The notes: generated from the sequence alone by a model not told the origin. A DNA stretch of 24,521 nucleotides from Burkholderiales bacterium (GCA_031375525.1 JANMHY010000529.1:1-24521); one strand, 5' to 3'. Positions 8,669 through 18,298 are shown, counted from the stretch's first letter. Program-made: numbers and translations.

Positions 8669-10564
8669 ATGTGCGGCATTGCTGGCGTCTACGATCGTTC
8701 CGGTCTGTTCGTGGACCAGGCGCTCGTCGAGCGCATGACGAGCGCGCTGGCCCATCGTGGCCCGGACGGTTCCGGCTTTCTGTTCCGCCGCCACGCCGGG
8801 CTCGGCCACCGGCGACTCAGCATCATCGACGTGGACGGCGGTGCACAACCGATGGCCAACGAGGACGACTGTGTTCACGTCGTCTTCAACGGCGAGATCT
8901 ACAACTTTGTCGAATTGCGCAACGAGCTTCGCGCTGCCGGCCATCACTTCAAGACCGCATCCGACACGGAGGTGCTGGTTCATGCCTACGAACAGTGGGG
9001 CGAGTATTTCATGCGCCGCCTCAACGGCATCTTCGCTTTCGCACTGTTCGACGAGCGCAAGGACCTCGTCTTGGTGGCACGAGATCACTTGGGTGTCAAA
9101 CCGCTGTACTACGCCTGGTCCGGATCGAAGTTGCTGTTTGCCTCGGAGATCAAGGCGTTGATGACCCACGCCGATCTGACTATCGATGTTGATCCGCGAG
9201 CCCTGGCAAACCTTTTCACGTACCGGTACGTGCCGTCGCCGGAGACATTGATCCAGGGTATCGCCAAGCTGCCTCCCGGCCACTTCATGCGCGTAGATCG
9301 ATCCGGGGCCAGAGTCGATCGCTATTGGTCACATGTGCCGCAGCCTCGAACCACCCTTGGCCAGGAAGAACTCGTCGAACAGTACCAATCGTTGGTTGAA
9401 GACGCGGTGCGTCTGCAGATGCGAAGCGACGTACCCGTCGGGCTCTTTCTCAGTTCGGGCGTCGATTCGGCCGCGCTGCTGGCGCTGATGGCGCCGCACG
9501 CAGCGGCGCCCGTGGACGCTTTCACCATCGACTTCGATGGCGCCGACAACACCAACGAAGCCGCCGATGCGGCCTTGATCGCCAAGCGCTACGGCGCCAG
9601 ACACCACGTCTTGCGCCTGACCAGCCAGGACTACGCGCGCTACTTCGATCGATACATGAACGATCTCGAAGAGCCCGTCGGGCATGAGGCGGCGCCTGCC
9701 TTTCACTTTCTGGCTCAGTTGGCCAGCGAGCACGTCAAGGTGGCGCTGAGCGGCCAAGGTGCGGACGAGCCGTGGGCAGGCTACGGCCGCTACGTGGGCG
9801 TGAAGCTGTCCGCGTTGTACAGCCGGCTGCCTGTGCGGGCCACACGCATGATGGCCGTTCTGGCGCGGAGCATGCCCTACGCTCCTGAGCGCTTTCGCCG
9901 CGGCGCACTGTCTCTCGGCGAGCGTGACCCGTTGACGCGCTTCGGCAAGATCTACTCGTTCTTCAGCGACGACATGAAGGCCGAGTTGTATCGCGACTGG
10001 CTGCGACAAGCACAGGCGGATCCTTCATCGCTGATGTCCGTCGAGCCGCTTCGCAAGTTGCACAACGACGTCAAGCACCTCGATCCGCTGTCTCAGATCC
10101 TGTACCTCGACACGCGCACCAATCTGCCCGACGACCTGTTGATGGTCGGCGACAAGACCTCGATGGCCAACTCGCTCGAGCTGCGGGTACCTTACTTGGA
10201 TCACCGCATCGTTGAGTTTGTCGAGAACCTGCCACCGCAACTCAAGCTGAGCGGATTCACCGGCAAGTACCTGCACAAGGTAGCGCTGTCGAAATGGCTG
10301 CCTCGCAATGAGGTCTATCGGCGCAAGAAAGGCTTTGCGAATCCGCTCGGGCAATGGCTGCGCACCTCGCTCGCTCCTTGGGTGGACGATCTGCTGCTCG
10401 CTCCGGACACCTGCATCGCCGCCTACTTCAACCAGGATTTCATGCGCAAGATCGTGATGCTCGATCGCACCGGCAGCGCCAACTACACGCGTCATGTGTA
10501 TCTCCTGCTGTCGCTGGAGATGTGGCACCGCAACTTCCTTCGCAAGCCGCGAGCAGCGGCGTGA
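8669..10564 (+). CDS. asnB: Asparagine synthase (glutamine-hydrolysing)-like amidotransferase, copy 1
   Basis: MCGIAG N-terminal nucleophile Cys, HRGPD, HRRLSIID, FNGEIYN, SDTEV, RDHLGVKPLYY, LSSGVDS, LSGQGADE, ELRVPYLD. Confidence 0.95.
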   Translation: MCGIAGVYDRSGLFVDQALVERMTSALAHRGPDGSGFLFRRHAGLGHRRLSIIDVDGGAQPMANEDDCVHVVFNGEIYNFVELRNELRAAGHHFKTASDTEVLVHAYEQWGEYFMRRLNGIFAFALFDERKDLVLVARDHLGVKPLYYAWSGSKLLFASEIKALMTHADLTIDVDPRALANLFTYRYVPSPETLIQGIAKLPPGHFMRVDRSGARVDRYWSHVPQPRTTLGQEELVEQYQSLVEDAVRLQMRSDVPVGLFLSSGVDSAALLALMAPHAAAPVDAFTIDFDGADNTNEAADAALIAKRYGARHHVLRLTSQDYARYFDRYMNDLEEPVGHEAAPAFHFLAQLASEHVKVALSGQGADEPWAGYGRYVGVKLSALYSRLPVRATRMMAVLARSMPYAPERFRRGALSLGERDPLTRFGKIYSFFSDDMKAELYRDWLRQAQADPSSLMSVEPLRKLHNDVKHLDPLSQILYLDTRTNLPDDLLMVGDKTSMANSLELRVPYLDHRIVEFVENLPPQLKLSGFTGKYLHKVALSKWLPRNEVYRRKKGFANPLGQWLRTSLAPWVDDLLLAPDTCIAAYFNQDFMRKIVMLDRTGSANYTRHVYLLLSLEMWHRNFLRKPRAAA

Positions 10565-11535
10565 TGCTCATGGACGTCTCGATCATCATCGTCAACTGGA
10601 ACTCCAAGCAGTATCTGCCCGCCTGCATCGAGTCCATCTGCCGACACACGACGAAGGTGGCTTACGAGATCATCGTTGTCGACTCCGGTTCGTTCGACGG
10701 CTGCGGCGAACTGCTGTCTCGGCAGTTCTCGGATGTTCGCTTCATCCAGTGCAAGACCAATGTCGGCTTCGCAGCCGCCAACAACCTTGCGGTGGACCTA
10801 GCGCGCGCGGACTGTCTGCTGTTCCTGAATCCGGACACAGAACTGACTTCGCCCGCCGTTGATCGGCTGTTCGAGCATCTGGCCGAGCATCCGAAGGTCG
10901 GCGCTGTCGGCTGCAAGCTGTTCAACCGTGACGGGTCCGTGCAAACCAGCTGCGTTCAGCCCTTTCCGACGATCATCAATCAACTGTTGAACATCGAGGT
11001 CCTGCGCCAACGCCTTCCCCATTGGCGTGTCTGGGGAACGGCATCGCTGTTGGGGACGGCACAGGCTGCAGTTCCAGCCCAAGTGGTTTCAGGGGCCTGT
11101 CTGATGGTCCAGCGGTCCGCGTTCGAGCATGTTGGGCGCTTCAGCGAAGAGTACTTCATGTACGCCGAGGATCTGGACCTCTGTCACAAGCTGCACAAGG
11201 CGGGCTACGCGAATTGCTGCCTGCCAAACGTTACCGCACGGCACTTCGGAGGCGGCTCCAGTGAACAAGCTCCGAGTGCCTTCTCATCCGTGATGATGCG
11301 AGAGTCTATTTGGCGATTCCTGCAAAACAGCCGCGGCTTGGCTTACGGGGCCGCGTACCGGCTGTCGGTGCTCGTCGCGGCGTTGCTTCGCATCGGGTTG
11401 CTCGGGCTGCTGGTCGTGGTGGACCTCATCGGCCGCCGCAGAGACGGCGTTGCGCTGCGTCTTCGTTCTTTGGGCAAGTGGCGGGCGATCCTTGCATGGT
11501 CGCTGCGGATCAAAACGGCGGTGCGTCCCGCGTGA
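10564..11535 (+). CDS. Glycosyltransferase family 2 (WbbL/rhamnosyltransferase-like)
   Basis: TGATG overlap (alternative ATG 10570); IIIVNWNS, VVDSGSFD, NVGFAAANN, FLNPD, VSGACLMV, FMYAEDLDLC. Confidence 0.92.
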   Translation: MLMDVSIIIVNWNSKQYLPACIESICRHTTKVAYEIIVVDSGSFDGCGELLSRQFSDVRFIQCKTNVGFAAANNLAVDLARADCLLFLNPDTELTSPAVDRLFEHLAEHPKVGAVGCKLFNRDGSVQTSCVQPFPTIINQLLNIEVLRQRLPHWRVWGTASLLGTAQAAVPAQVVSGACLMVQRSAFEHVGRFSEEYFMYAEDLDLCHKLHKAGYANCCLPNVTARHFGGGSSEQAPSAFSSVMMRESIWRFLQNSRGLAYGAAYRLSVLVAALLRIGLLGLLVVVDLIGRRRDGVALRLRSLGKWRAILAWSLRIKTAVRPA

Positions 11536-11574
11536 CAGCCAGAGCAACAGCAAAAGCGAACGGAACAAAAAGTC

Positions 11575-13581
11575 ATGTGCGGTATTGCCGGTCAGCTAAT
11601 GCACGACATCGAGGCGCCGGCCGACGCCGCCCTGGTTGGCCGGATGAGCGCAGCCATCGCACACCGGGGCCCGGATGGATTTGGTCATCACATGCAGGGT
11701 CCTGTGGCCCTCGGCCATCGGCGCTTGGCGATCATCGACGTGGACTCCGGTGCGCAGCCGATGTGCAACGAGGACGGCTCGGTCTGGATCACCTTCAACG
11801 GTGAAATCTACAACTACGCCGAACTGCGGCTCGACCTGATCAAGCGAGGCCACGTTTTCCGCACGAAGTCCGACACAGAAGTCATCGTGCACCTGTATGA
11901 GGAGCACGGTTCCGATTGCGTCACCCATCTCAAGGGCATGTTCGCCTTCGCGATCTGGGATCAACGAGAGGCAAAGCTGTTCTTGGCGCGTGACCGCGTG
12001 GGCATCAAGCCCCTGTACTACGCCGTCACCAAAAGCTCCTTCCTCTTCGCATCCGAGATCAAGAGCCTGCTCCAGGACCCTGGCCTCGTTAGGCGCATCA
12101 ACCCAAAGACGATCGACCGCGCGCTCACCTACTACTACGCCCCTGGCACCGAGACGCTCCTCGAGGGTGTGTTGAAGCTCGAGCCCGGCCATTGGATGAC
12201 GGTGCAGGGCGGACGCGTCAAACGCCATCAGTATTGGGATCTCGATTTCAGCGCCGGCCGCTGGGACCGCTTCGAAGATGCCGTCGGCGCCCTGCAGAGC
12301 CTCCTGCACCGGGTGGTCGGCGAGCACATGGTCAGCGACGTGCCGGTTGGCGTGCTGCTCAGCGGCGGTGTCGATTCGACCGCCATGCTGCGCTTCGCCG
12401 CGGCACATGCGTCGAGCCCCGTCAACACGTTCACCGTCGGCTTCGACGGCGTCGGCGCCACTGACGAGCGGCCGTACGCGCGTCTGGCGGCTCAGGCCTT
12501 CGGAGCGCGCCATCACGAGATCACCTTTGGGGCCAAGGAGTTTGCCCGTGCTCTGCCGCTGTATGCATGGCACATGGAAGAGCCGGTGTGCGAGCCGCCC
12601 GCGATTGCGCTGTATGAGGTGGCCCGGCTCGCCAGTCGCAGCGTCAAGGTCCTTTTGTCGGGCGAAGGGGGCGACGAAGCCTTTGGCGGCTACAACAAAT
12701 ACGGCTACCTTCTCGCCCTCGAATCGGCCAAGTCTGCCCTCGGGCGCGGCACGGGGGCGTTGCGCTTGGCGATGCAGCTGGGGTCGAAATTGGGCTTGCG
12801 CAAGCTCGACAACTTCATCCCGCTGGTGCGCCAGCCGCTGTCGGCTCACTACTTGAGTTGCGCGTCGTCCCCGCACACCCTGTTCAACCGCAGCAAGGCC
12901 GCTCTTTACCGCGATGACTTCGCGCGTTCGCTGGGTGCGGTTCAGTCCGACGAGCCAACGCGCCGCGTGTTCCGACACAGCACTCACCTTCCTGCGCTGC
13001 ATCAGATGCTGCGTGTCGATACCAAGACATGGTTGCCGGACGACCTGTTGGTGAAGGCCGACAAGATGACCATGGCCGCGTCCGTGGAGTTGCGCGTTCC
13101 CCTCCTCGACTCGGATGTTCTCGAGTTCGCTGCACAGCTGCCGGCCCACTTCAAGGTCCGCGGCTGGCCGCCCAAGCGCATCCTTCGCGCTGCTGTTCGC
13201 GACTCGGTCCCCAGCCCCATCCTCAAGCGCAAGAAGGTGGGCTTTCCCGTGCCCTACGAGCACTGGCTTGGCCACGAACTTAAAGAGCTCGTCAACGACA
13301 CGCTGCTGGATCCACAGGCAGGCGTGCGCGACTTCTTCAGCGGCCAAGCTCTGCAGGCCCTGACCTCGGCTCAGCAGCGGGGCGATGGCGGTTCCCAGGA
13401 AGTCTTTGGGCTGCTGGTGCTGGAGCTGCTGCATCGTCAGTTCGTCCGTGGATCCACCGATGGCATGGTCGACGACGGCCCACAACGACTCGCTTCAGCT
13501 GCGGGCGGCGCGCCAGTGCGGTGCGAGCGCCTCGAAACCGGGGGCGCTAACGTGTCGTTGCGCCCCAGCTACCCCGCATGA
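11575..13581 (+). CDS. asnB: Asparagine synthase (glutamine-hydrolysing)-like amidotransferase, copy 2
   Basis: MCGIAG, HRGPD, HRRLAIID, FNGEIYN, SDTEV, RDRVGIKPLYY, LSGGVDS, LSGEGGDE, ELRVPLLD; about 40 aa of low-complexity C-terminal tail. Confidence 0.95.
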   Translation: MCGIAGQLMHDIEAPADAALVGRMSAAIAHRGPDGFGHHMQGPVALGHRRLAIIDVDSGAQPMCNEDGSVWITFNGEIYNYAELRLDLIKRGHVFRTKSDTEVIVHLYEEHGSDCVTHLKGMFAFAIWDQREAKLFLARDRVGIKPLYYAVTKSSFLFASEIKSLLQDPGLVRRINPKTIDRALTYYYAPGTETLLEGVLKLEPGHWMTVQGGRVKRHQYWDLDFSAGRWDRFEDAVGALQSLLHRVVGEHMVSDVPVGVLLSGGVDSTAMLRFAAAHASSPVNTFTVGFDGVGATDERPYARLAAQAFGARHHEITFGAKEFARALPLYAWHMEEPVCEPPAIALYEVARLASRSVKVLLSGEGGDEAFGGYNKYGYLLALESAKSALGRGTGALRLAMQLGSKLGLRKLDNFIPLVRQPLSAHYLSCASSPHTLFNRSKAALYRDDFARSLGAVQSDEPTRRVFRHSTHLPALHQMLRVDTKTWLPDDLLVKADKMTMAASVELRVPLLDSDVLEFAAQLPAHFKVRGWPPKRILRAAVRDSVPSPILKRKKVGFPVPYEHWLGHELKELVNDTLLDPQAGVRDFFSGQALQALTSAQQRGDGGSQEVFGLLVLELLHRQFVRGSTDGMVDDGPQRLASAAGGAPVRCERLETGGANVSLRPSYPA

Positions 13582-13588
13582 AGCGCCA

Positions 13589-14626
13589 ATGAACCAAGTC
13601 GAAATCCTCCCTCAGCAAGCCCCTCTGGCCAGTCCATCGAGGCCGCACTTCGAGTGCCGCATCTGCGGCAATGCCGATGACAACCGGCCGTACGAAGCAC
13701 CAGAGTTGATGTACGGCTTTCGCGACGTCCACTTGTACTTCCAGTGCGCACACTGTCAGTGCCTGCAGATTGCGCAGTTTCCGCCCGACATCGAGCGCTA
13801 CTACGGCGGCAAGTACTACTCGTACCAGTCGCGCTCCTCGACGGCGCTGAAAAGCGCTCTGATTCGCTCGCGAGATGCGTATGCGATGTTCGGTGCGGGA
13901 TGGATCGGCGCCGGGCTTTGCCGGGCGTTTCCCACAGATGAGTACGACTTCCTGCAACCGCTGCGTTCGACATTGTCGAAGGACCACCGCATTCTCGACG
14001 TTGGCTGTGGCGCCGGCGCTCTCCTGCGGGCGATGCGTCGCGTCGGCTTTGGCCGGCTGGACGGCATCGACCCCTTCGGCAGCGAGGACGGCGTCATCGA
14101 GCCGGGTCTGACCATTCGCAAGACGTTCATTCACGATCTGCACGGGACCTACGACTTGGTGATGTTTCATCACTCGCTCGAGCACGTGCCGGACCAGTTG
14201 GCCACGCTGCAAAGCGCCTTTCGCCTGCTGGCGCCGGGCGGCCAGTGCGTGGTGCGCATTCCCACCGTGTCTTCGTATGCATGGCGGCAATATGGGATCC
14301 ATTGGGTGCAACTCGATGCGCCGAGGCACTACTTCCTGCACTCCAGGCAAAGCATGAGCCTCATCGCAGCGCAAGCCGGGTTTGAAGTGGCCAGCGTCGT
14401 ATGCGACGGCACTGCGTTCCAGTTTTGGGGCAGCGAGCAGTACGCCAGCGGCATCGCGCTGAGGGACAGGCGCTCCTACTGGGTCAACCCCCGCGCCTCG
14501 ATGTTCTCCAAAGCAGACATGGCTCAGTTCACGGAGCGAGCGAAAGCGGCAAACGCTGCCGGCGAGGGCGACCAGTGCGCCTTTTACCTTCGCAAGCCCC
14601 CACTCCAACGGTCGCCAACGCCATGA
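13589..14626 (+). CDS. Class I SAM-dependent methyltransferase with N-terminal Cys-pair (putative Zn-binding) region
   Basis: ATG 13589, 7 nt after the asnB2 stop; CRICG and CAHCQC, ILDVGCGAG motif I, GIDP, YDLVMFHHSLEHV, APRH. Confidence 0.88.
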   Translation: MNQVEILPQQAPLASPSRPHFECRICGNADDNRPYEAPELMYGFRDVHLYFQCAHCQCLQIAQFPPDIERYYGGKYYSYQSRSSTALKSALIRSRDAYAMFGAGWIGAGLCRAFPTDEYDFLQPLRSTLSKDHRILDVGCGAGALLRAMRRVGFGRLDGIDPFGSEDGVIEPGLTIRKTFIHDLHGTYDLVMFHHSLEHVPDQLATLQSAFRLLAPGGQCVVRIPTVSSYAWRQYGIHWVQLDAPRHYFLHSRQSMSLIAAQAGFEVASVVCDGTAFQFWGSEQYASGIALRDRRSYWVNPRASMFSKADMAQFTERAKAANAAGEGDQCAFYLRKPPLQRSPTP

Positions 14627-15831
14627 AGGTGCTGGTTTACGCGCACCGGCTCGAGTGGGGTGGCAGCCAGGTCAATGCCATCGAACTCAGTTCATTGCTT
14701 TCGTTGCAGCATGGTCATGACGTCGTGCTCGTCGCTACGCCCGGGCCGATGCTCGAATTTGCGATCGAGAAGAAGCTGCGCTTCATTGCCGTTCCGGACG
14801 CCCGCACGCATCCCTCGCTCGGTCGAATGAAGGGCCTTCGGGCGGCCGTGCTGCGCGAGCGGCCCGACGTAGTGCATGTGTGGGACTGGTGGCAGTGTCT
14901 GGACGCCTACTTCGCAGTGCACCTGCCGATGCAAATGCCGCTGCTGGTATCGGACATGACGATGACGGTGAGTCGATTTCTGCCGACAACGCTCTTGACG
15001 ACATTCGGTACACCAGAGTTGGTAGAACGCGCCAGATCGGCGGGCCGCAAACGCGTCGATCTCTTGGTTCCGCCCGTGGATGTGATTTTCAACGCACCCG
15101 GCGCGGTGGACCCACTGCCGTTCCGCAAGCAATACGCGCCGGGTGCCGACGAGGTGCTGCTGGTGACGGTATCTCGCCTGGTCAAGGCGATGAAGTCGGA
15201 GAGCCTGTTCCGCACCATCGACGCGGTCGAACGCCTGGGCACCCGGTTGCCGCTGCGCTTCGTCATCGTCGGCGATGGAGATGCACGATCCGATCTTCAG
15301 ATCGCCGCCGAGAGGACCAACCAACGCCTCGGGCGCGAGGCGGTCGTGCTGGCCGGACCGCTGATCGACCCAAGACCGGCTTACGCAGCGGCCGACATCG
15401 TGGTGGGCATGGGCGGATCGGCGCTGCGAGGGATGGCCTTCGGCAAGCCGGTCGTCGTCGTCGGGGAACAGGGTTTCGCAGAACCGTTCGATGCCACCAC
15501 GATGCAGCGATTTCACTACACCGGCCTCTACGGCACTGGAATCGGGCAGACAGACAACGCCGCACTGGCCGGGTACATCGCGGCATGGGCAACCGACCCC
15601 GAAGCCAGAGCCCAAGTCGGTGCGCAGTCTCGCCAGTTCGTTGTCGAACGATTTTCCTTGCAGGCAGTGGGCCGGACGCTGGACGCGTTGCTGCGTTCAG
15701 CGGCGGCACGCAGGCCAGCATTACCCGCAGCCCTGTTGGATGCATGCCGCACGGCAGCATTTCTCTGGGGGCGGCAACTTGTCCCGCGCGATATTCGCCG
15801 CCTCTTTACGCGTGGCGGCCGTGTGACTTGA
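14623..15831 (+). CDS. GT-B fold glycosyltransferase, family 4-like (atypical C-terminal motif)
   Basis: ATGA overlap; MKVLVY...GGSQ...ATPGPM, RPDVVHVW, FVIVGDG, YAAADIVVG...AFGKPVVV. Confidence 0.82.
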   Translation: MKVLVYAHRLEWGGSQVNAIELSSLLSLQHGHDVVLVATPGPMLEFAIEKKLRFIAVPDARTHPSLGRMKGLRAAVLRERPDVVHVWDWWQCLDAYFAVHLPMQMPLLVSDMTMTVSRFLPTTLLTTFGTPELVERARSAGRKRVDLLVPPVDVIFNAPGAVDPLPFRKQYAPGADEVLLVTVSRLVKAMKSESLFRTIDAVERLGTRLPLRFVIVGDGDARSDLQIAAERTNQRLGREAVVLAGPLIDPRPAYAAADIVVGMGGSALRGMAFGKPVVVVGEQGFAEPFDATTMQRFHYTGLYGTGIGQTDNAALAGYIAAWATDPEARAQVGAQSRQFVVERFSLQAVGRTLDALLRSAAARRPALPAALLDACRTAAFLWGRQLVPRDIRRLFTRGGRVT

Positions 15832-15873
15832 GCGCAAACCAATGAGAAACAACGATCACACAGGCCACCGGAC

Positions 15874-16869
15874 ATGACCAATCCAGGACAGGTTACGCTG
15901 ATCATGTGCGTTTACAACGCGGGCAAGTATTTCGGACCTGCGGTGGACAGCCTGCTTGCGCAGACGTATCGCGACTTGCAAATCATCATCGTGGACGATG
16001 GCAGCACCGACGGCTGCACGTCAATCCTGAAAGACTTGTCCGACCCACGCATCGTCGTCCTGCGGCACGAAAACAGAGGACGGTCGGCGTCCCTGAACCG
16101 AGCCTTGTCGATCGCTACGGGCGAGTTTTACACCGTGCAGGACGCGGACGACCTGAGCCACCCATCGCGAATCGCACGCCAGGTCGAATGCATGCGTCTG
16201 TACCCCGACACAGCAGCCGCCTTCAGCGGACACGAAGTGATCATCAACGGGCGACACTTGGCACCACGCTTGGCCGAGAAGGACTCGCAGACCTGCCGAA
16301 CCGACATCGACCTGCTGCGCATGCCGGGGCACGATGCGACGGCAATGTATCGGATGTCGATGGTCAAGGGCATGCAGTACGACGAGACCCTGCCGTTCAT
16401 CGAAGCCTATGACTACGTGATCCGGGTGGGCGAGCAGCACAACATGCGAGTTATCGGCGAGTGTTTGTACTCGTACCGCGTGCACTGGAGTTCGATCACT
16501 CACCGCGATCCGGCGGCGCGGTGTCACAAGGTTCGAGAGTGCACGGCCAAAATCCTGCAGCGCCGCGGGCTGCGAGCCCATCCAACGCTGCTGCCACCGT
16601 TGCCGGAGCCGGGTCGGGCTTCCAACCGAGAACGCGACAACGACCTGGTTTCGCACTTCATGGAAAGCGTGGTCGATTTATGCCATGCCGGGCGCCGCGC
16701 CGAGGCGCTTCGAGCGGCCGCAACGTGCGCTCGCTTGCACCCGCTGGACCCCTACTACTACAAGCCGGCTCTGTACGCAGTGGCACCGACCTCGGCTGTC
16801 GCCTGGTACCGCTCACGGCGGACCTCTCGGGCCATTGCGCTGAACGCTCGTCCAGAGCCTCAGCGGTGA
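15874..16869 (+). CDS. Glycosyltransferase family 2
   Basis: VTLIMCVYNAGKY, LLAQTY, IIVDDGSTD, NRGRSASLN, QDADD. Confidence 0.92.
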   Translation: MTNPGQVTLIMCVYNAGKYFGPAVDSLLAQTYRDLQIIIVDDGSTDGCTSILKDLSDPRIVVLRHENRGRSASLNRALSIATGEFYTVQDADDLSHPSRIARQVECMRLYPDTAAAFSGHEVIINGRHLAPRLAEKDSQTCRTDIDLLRMPGHDATAMYRMSMVKGMQYDETLPFIEAYDYVIRVGEQHNMRVIGECLYSYRVHWSSITHRDPAARCHKVRECTAKILQRRGLRAHPTLLPPLPEPGRASNRERDNDLVSHFMESVVDLCHAGRRAEALRAAATCARLHPLDPYYYKPALYAVAPTSAVAWYRSRRTSRAIALNARPEPQR

Positions 16870-18176
16870 CTGAGCACCGCGTCGCCGAACCGGCTGCCAT
16901 CGCCACCCGCGGTTGACACCGCGGAATCACCCCTGCGGCGACCATAGGCTGAGCAGATGGCAGCCAGCGTCAGGTAGAAAAAGACCACCGACTGATCGAA
17001 GTAGGCAACGGACATGAAAGTCGCAGCATGGGCGAAGAGCGATGACCCCAGCGCCCACGCCAAGAAAGCGCCCTGAGTGTCTGCTGCGCCCTCGGCGACG
17101 ATGCGACCGGCAAAGGCAAAACCCATGACGAGGACGGCAACGAACAATACGAGCAACGGCAACCCGCCGTAGATACCCATCATCACGTAGTAGTTCGTGA
17201 TGTCGATGTGCTGATCTGTCCAACCGGAGTTGTGCATGATCCAGTGGCGGGTGTAGTCGGTACCGCTGAACCACCACTCGTCTAGGTGCTTCACGGCGGC
17301 ATCGATCAGCTGAGCTCGGTGCCAGCTGGTGCTGCTTCCCGTCAAATCGATCCGTGCCAGCAGGAAGTAAGCCGGCGCCTTCATCACCACCTCGAGCACC
17401 AGGTACCCCACCAGCAACGCCCATCGCAGTTTGCGCATGTGACGCCTCCAAGCCCACAACGCCATGGCCACAAAAGCGAAACCGGCACTGAGAATGGGGC
17501 CGCTCGATGCGGACAGGAACACGATGGCGCAGCTCGCTGCGATCCCGGCGCAGGCCAGGCGCCGTCGCTTGCTCCACAGGGCAAGCATCAGCGGCAGGGA
17601 TGCGGCCGCGATGGACCCGGCGAGAATCGAGTGGGCAAATGGTCCCTGCGCCCTGACCACGCCATCTCGCACTTCGGAGTACTCGCCTACGCCCCCGAAG
17701 ACCGCGAAGACGTTGCGCCCGGTCAATCGCTCCCCAAGCATCGTCGCCGCCAGTGGAATCAGCAGCAGTGCGGTCAACCGGCAAAGGAGCAAAGCATCGT
17801 CCACCGAGCCGCAGAAGAACCGCAGCAAGAAGTAGATGCCGCACGCGTTGAAGACGATACCCGACCGGTTGATGAGAGTGGCCAGCGCGTCTTCGTGGAA
17901 GATGCCGCTGAAGATCGCCCACCCGGCCCAGGTGATCATCAGCACGTCCAAACTGTTCACTGGGCTGGAAAGCCGCTCACCGCGGAACAGGACACGCAGC
18001 AAACCGACGGCAATCAGGATGCGAATGATCGGAAAGTTGAACGGTCCGATTTCTACGCCTTGACCGAGCGTCATGTAGCAAGCGCCCAGCAACAACGGAG
18101 CGGCAGCCCAGCGCAGCGGCAGGAACGCCAGTGCTGCGACGTTGGCGAGCAGAAAGATAAAGGCTAAGGGCGTCAC
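16860..18176 (-). CDS. Polytopic membrane protein, Wzy polymerase / O-antigen ligase-like
   Basis: 3' 438 aa of the 16860..18674 ORF from GTG 18176 (VTPLAFIFLLANVAAL...); about 10-12 hydrophobic segments, RAQGPFAHSILAG, SASSGP, GSSTSWHR and DITNYY loops typical of Wzy_C-like proteins; upstream part of the ORF is non-coding/shadow. Start is inferred. Confidence 0.75.
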   Translation of the reverse strand: MTPLAFIFLLANVAALAFLPLRWAAAPLLLGACYMTLGQGVEIGPFNFPIIRILIAVGLLRVLFRGERLSSPVNSLDVLMITWAGWAIFSGIFHEDALATLINRSGIVFNACGIYFLLRFFCGSVDDALLLCRLTALLLIPLAATMLGERLTGRNVFAVFGGVGEYSEVRDGVVRAQGPFAHSILAGSIAAASLPLMLALWSKRRRLACAGIAASCAIVFLSASSGPILSAGFAFVAMALWAWRRHMRKLRWALLVGYLVLEVVMKAPAYFLLARIDLTGSSTSWHRAQLIDAAVKHLDEWWFSGTDYTRHWIMHNSGWTDQHIDITNYYVMMGIYGGLPLLVLFVAVLVMGFAFAGRIVAEGAADTQGAFLAWALGSSLFAHAATFMSVAYFDQSVVFFYLTLAAICSAYGRRRGDSAVSTAGGDGSRFGDAVLSHR

Positions 18177-18202
18177 GAATCGAACCGAGTGAGATCTGCC
18201 AA

Positions 18203-18231
18203 AGAATGACTCGATTCGGATTGAGTTGCAA
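18203..18231 (-). promoter_or_regulatory. Candidate sigma70 promoter for the Wzy-like gene
   Basis: Minus strand TTGCAA-N17-CATTCT, located between the terminator and the inferred GTG start; the gene needs its own promoter if the terminator is efficient. Confidence 0.35.
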
Positions 18232-18264
18232 GGGTTCGATGGCGCATCCGCCCCCCACACATAA

Positions 18265-18298
18265 GCGAAGGCCCGCCCCTTGCGGGGCGGGCCTTCGC
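18265..18298 (-). terminator. Intrinsic terminator hairpin after the beta-helix gene
   Basis: Perfect 15-bp stem gcgaaggcccgcccc/ggggcgggccttcgc with a GCAA (GNRA) loop on the minus strand, followed by TTATGTGT; 27 nt past the stop at 18326. Confidence 0.8.

Noticed and set aside
11596-13485. 629-aa antisense ORF, and similar long antisense ORFs at 1450-2664, 2661-3872, 5363-6556, 6154-7755, 13547-14608 and 21712-22659
   Set aside because: They mirror well-supported genes on the other strand; high-GC codon bias suppresses antisense stops; no recognisable motifs.
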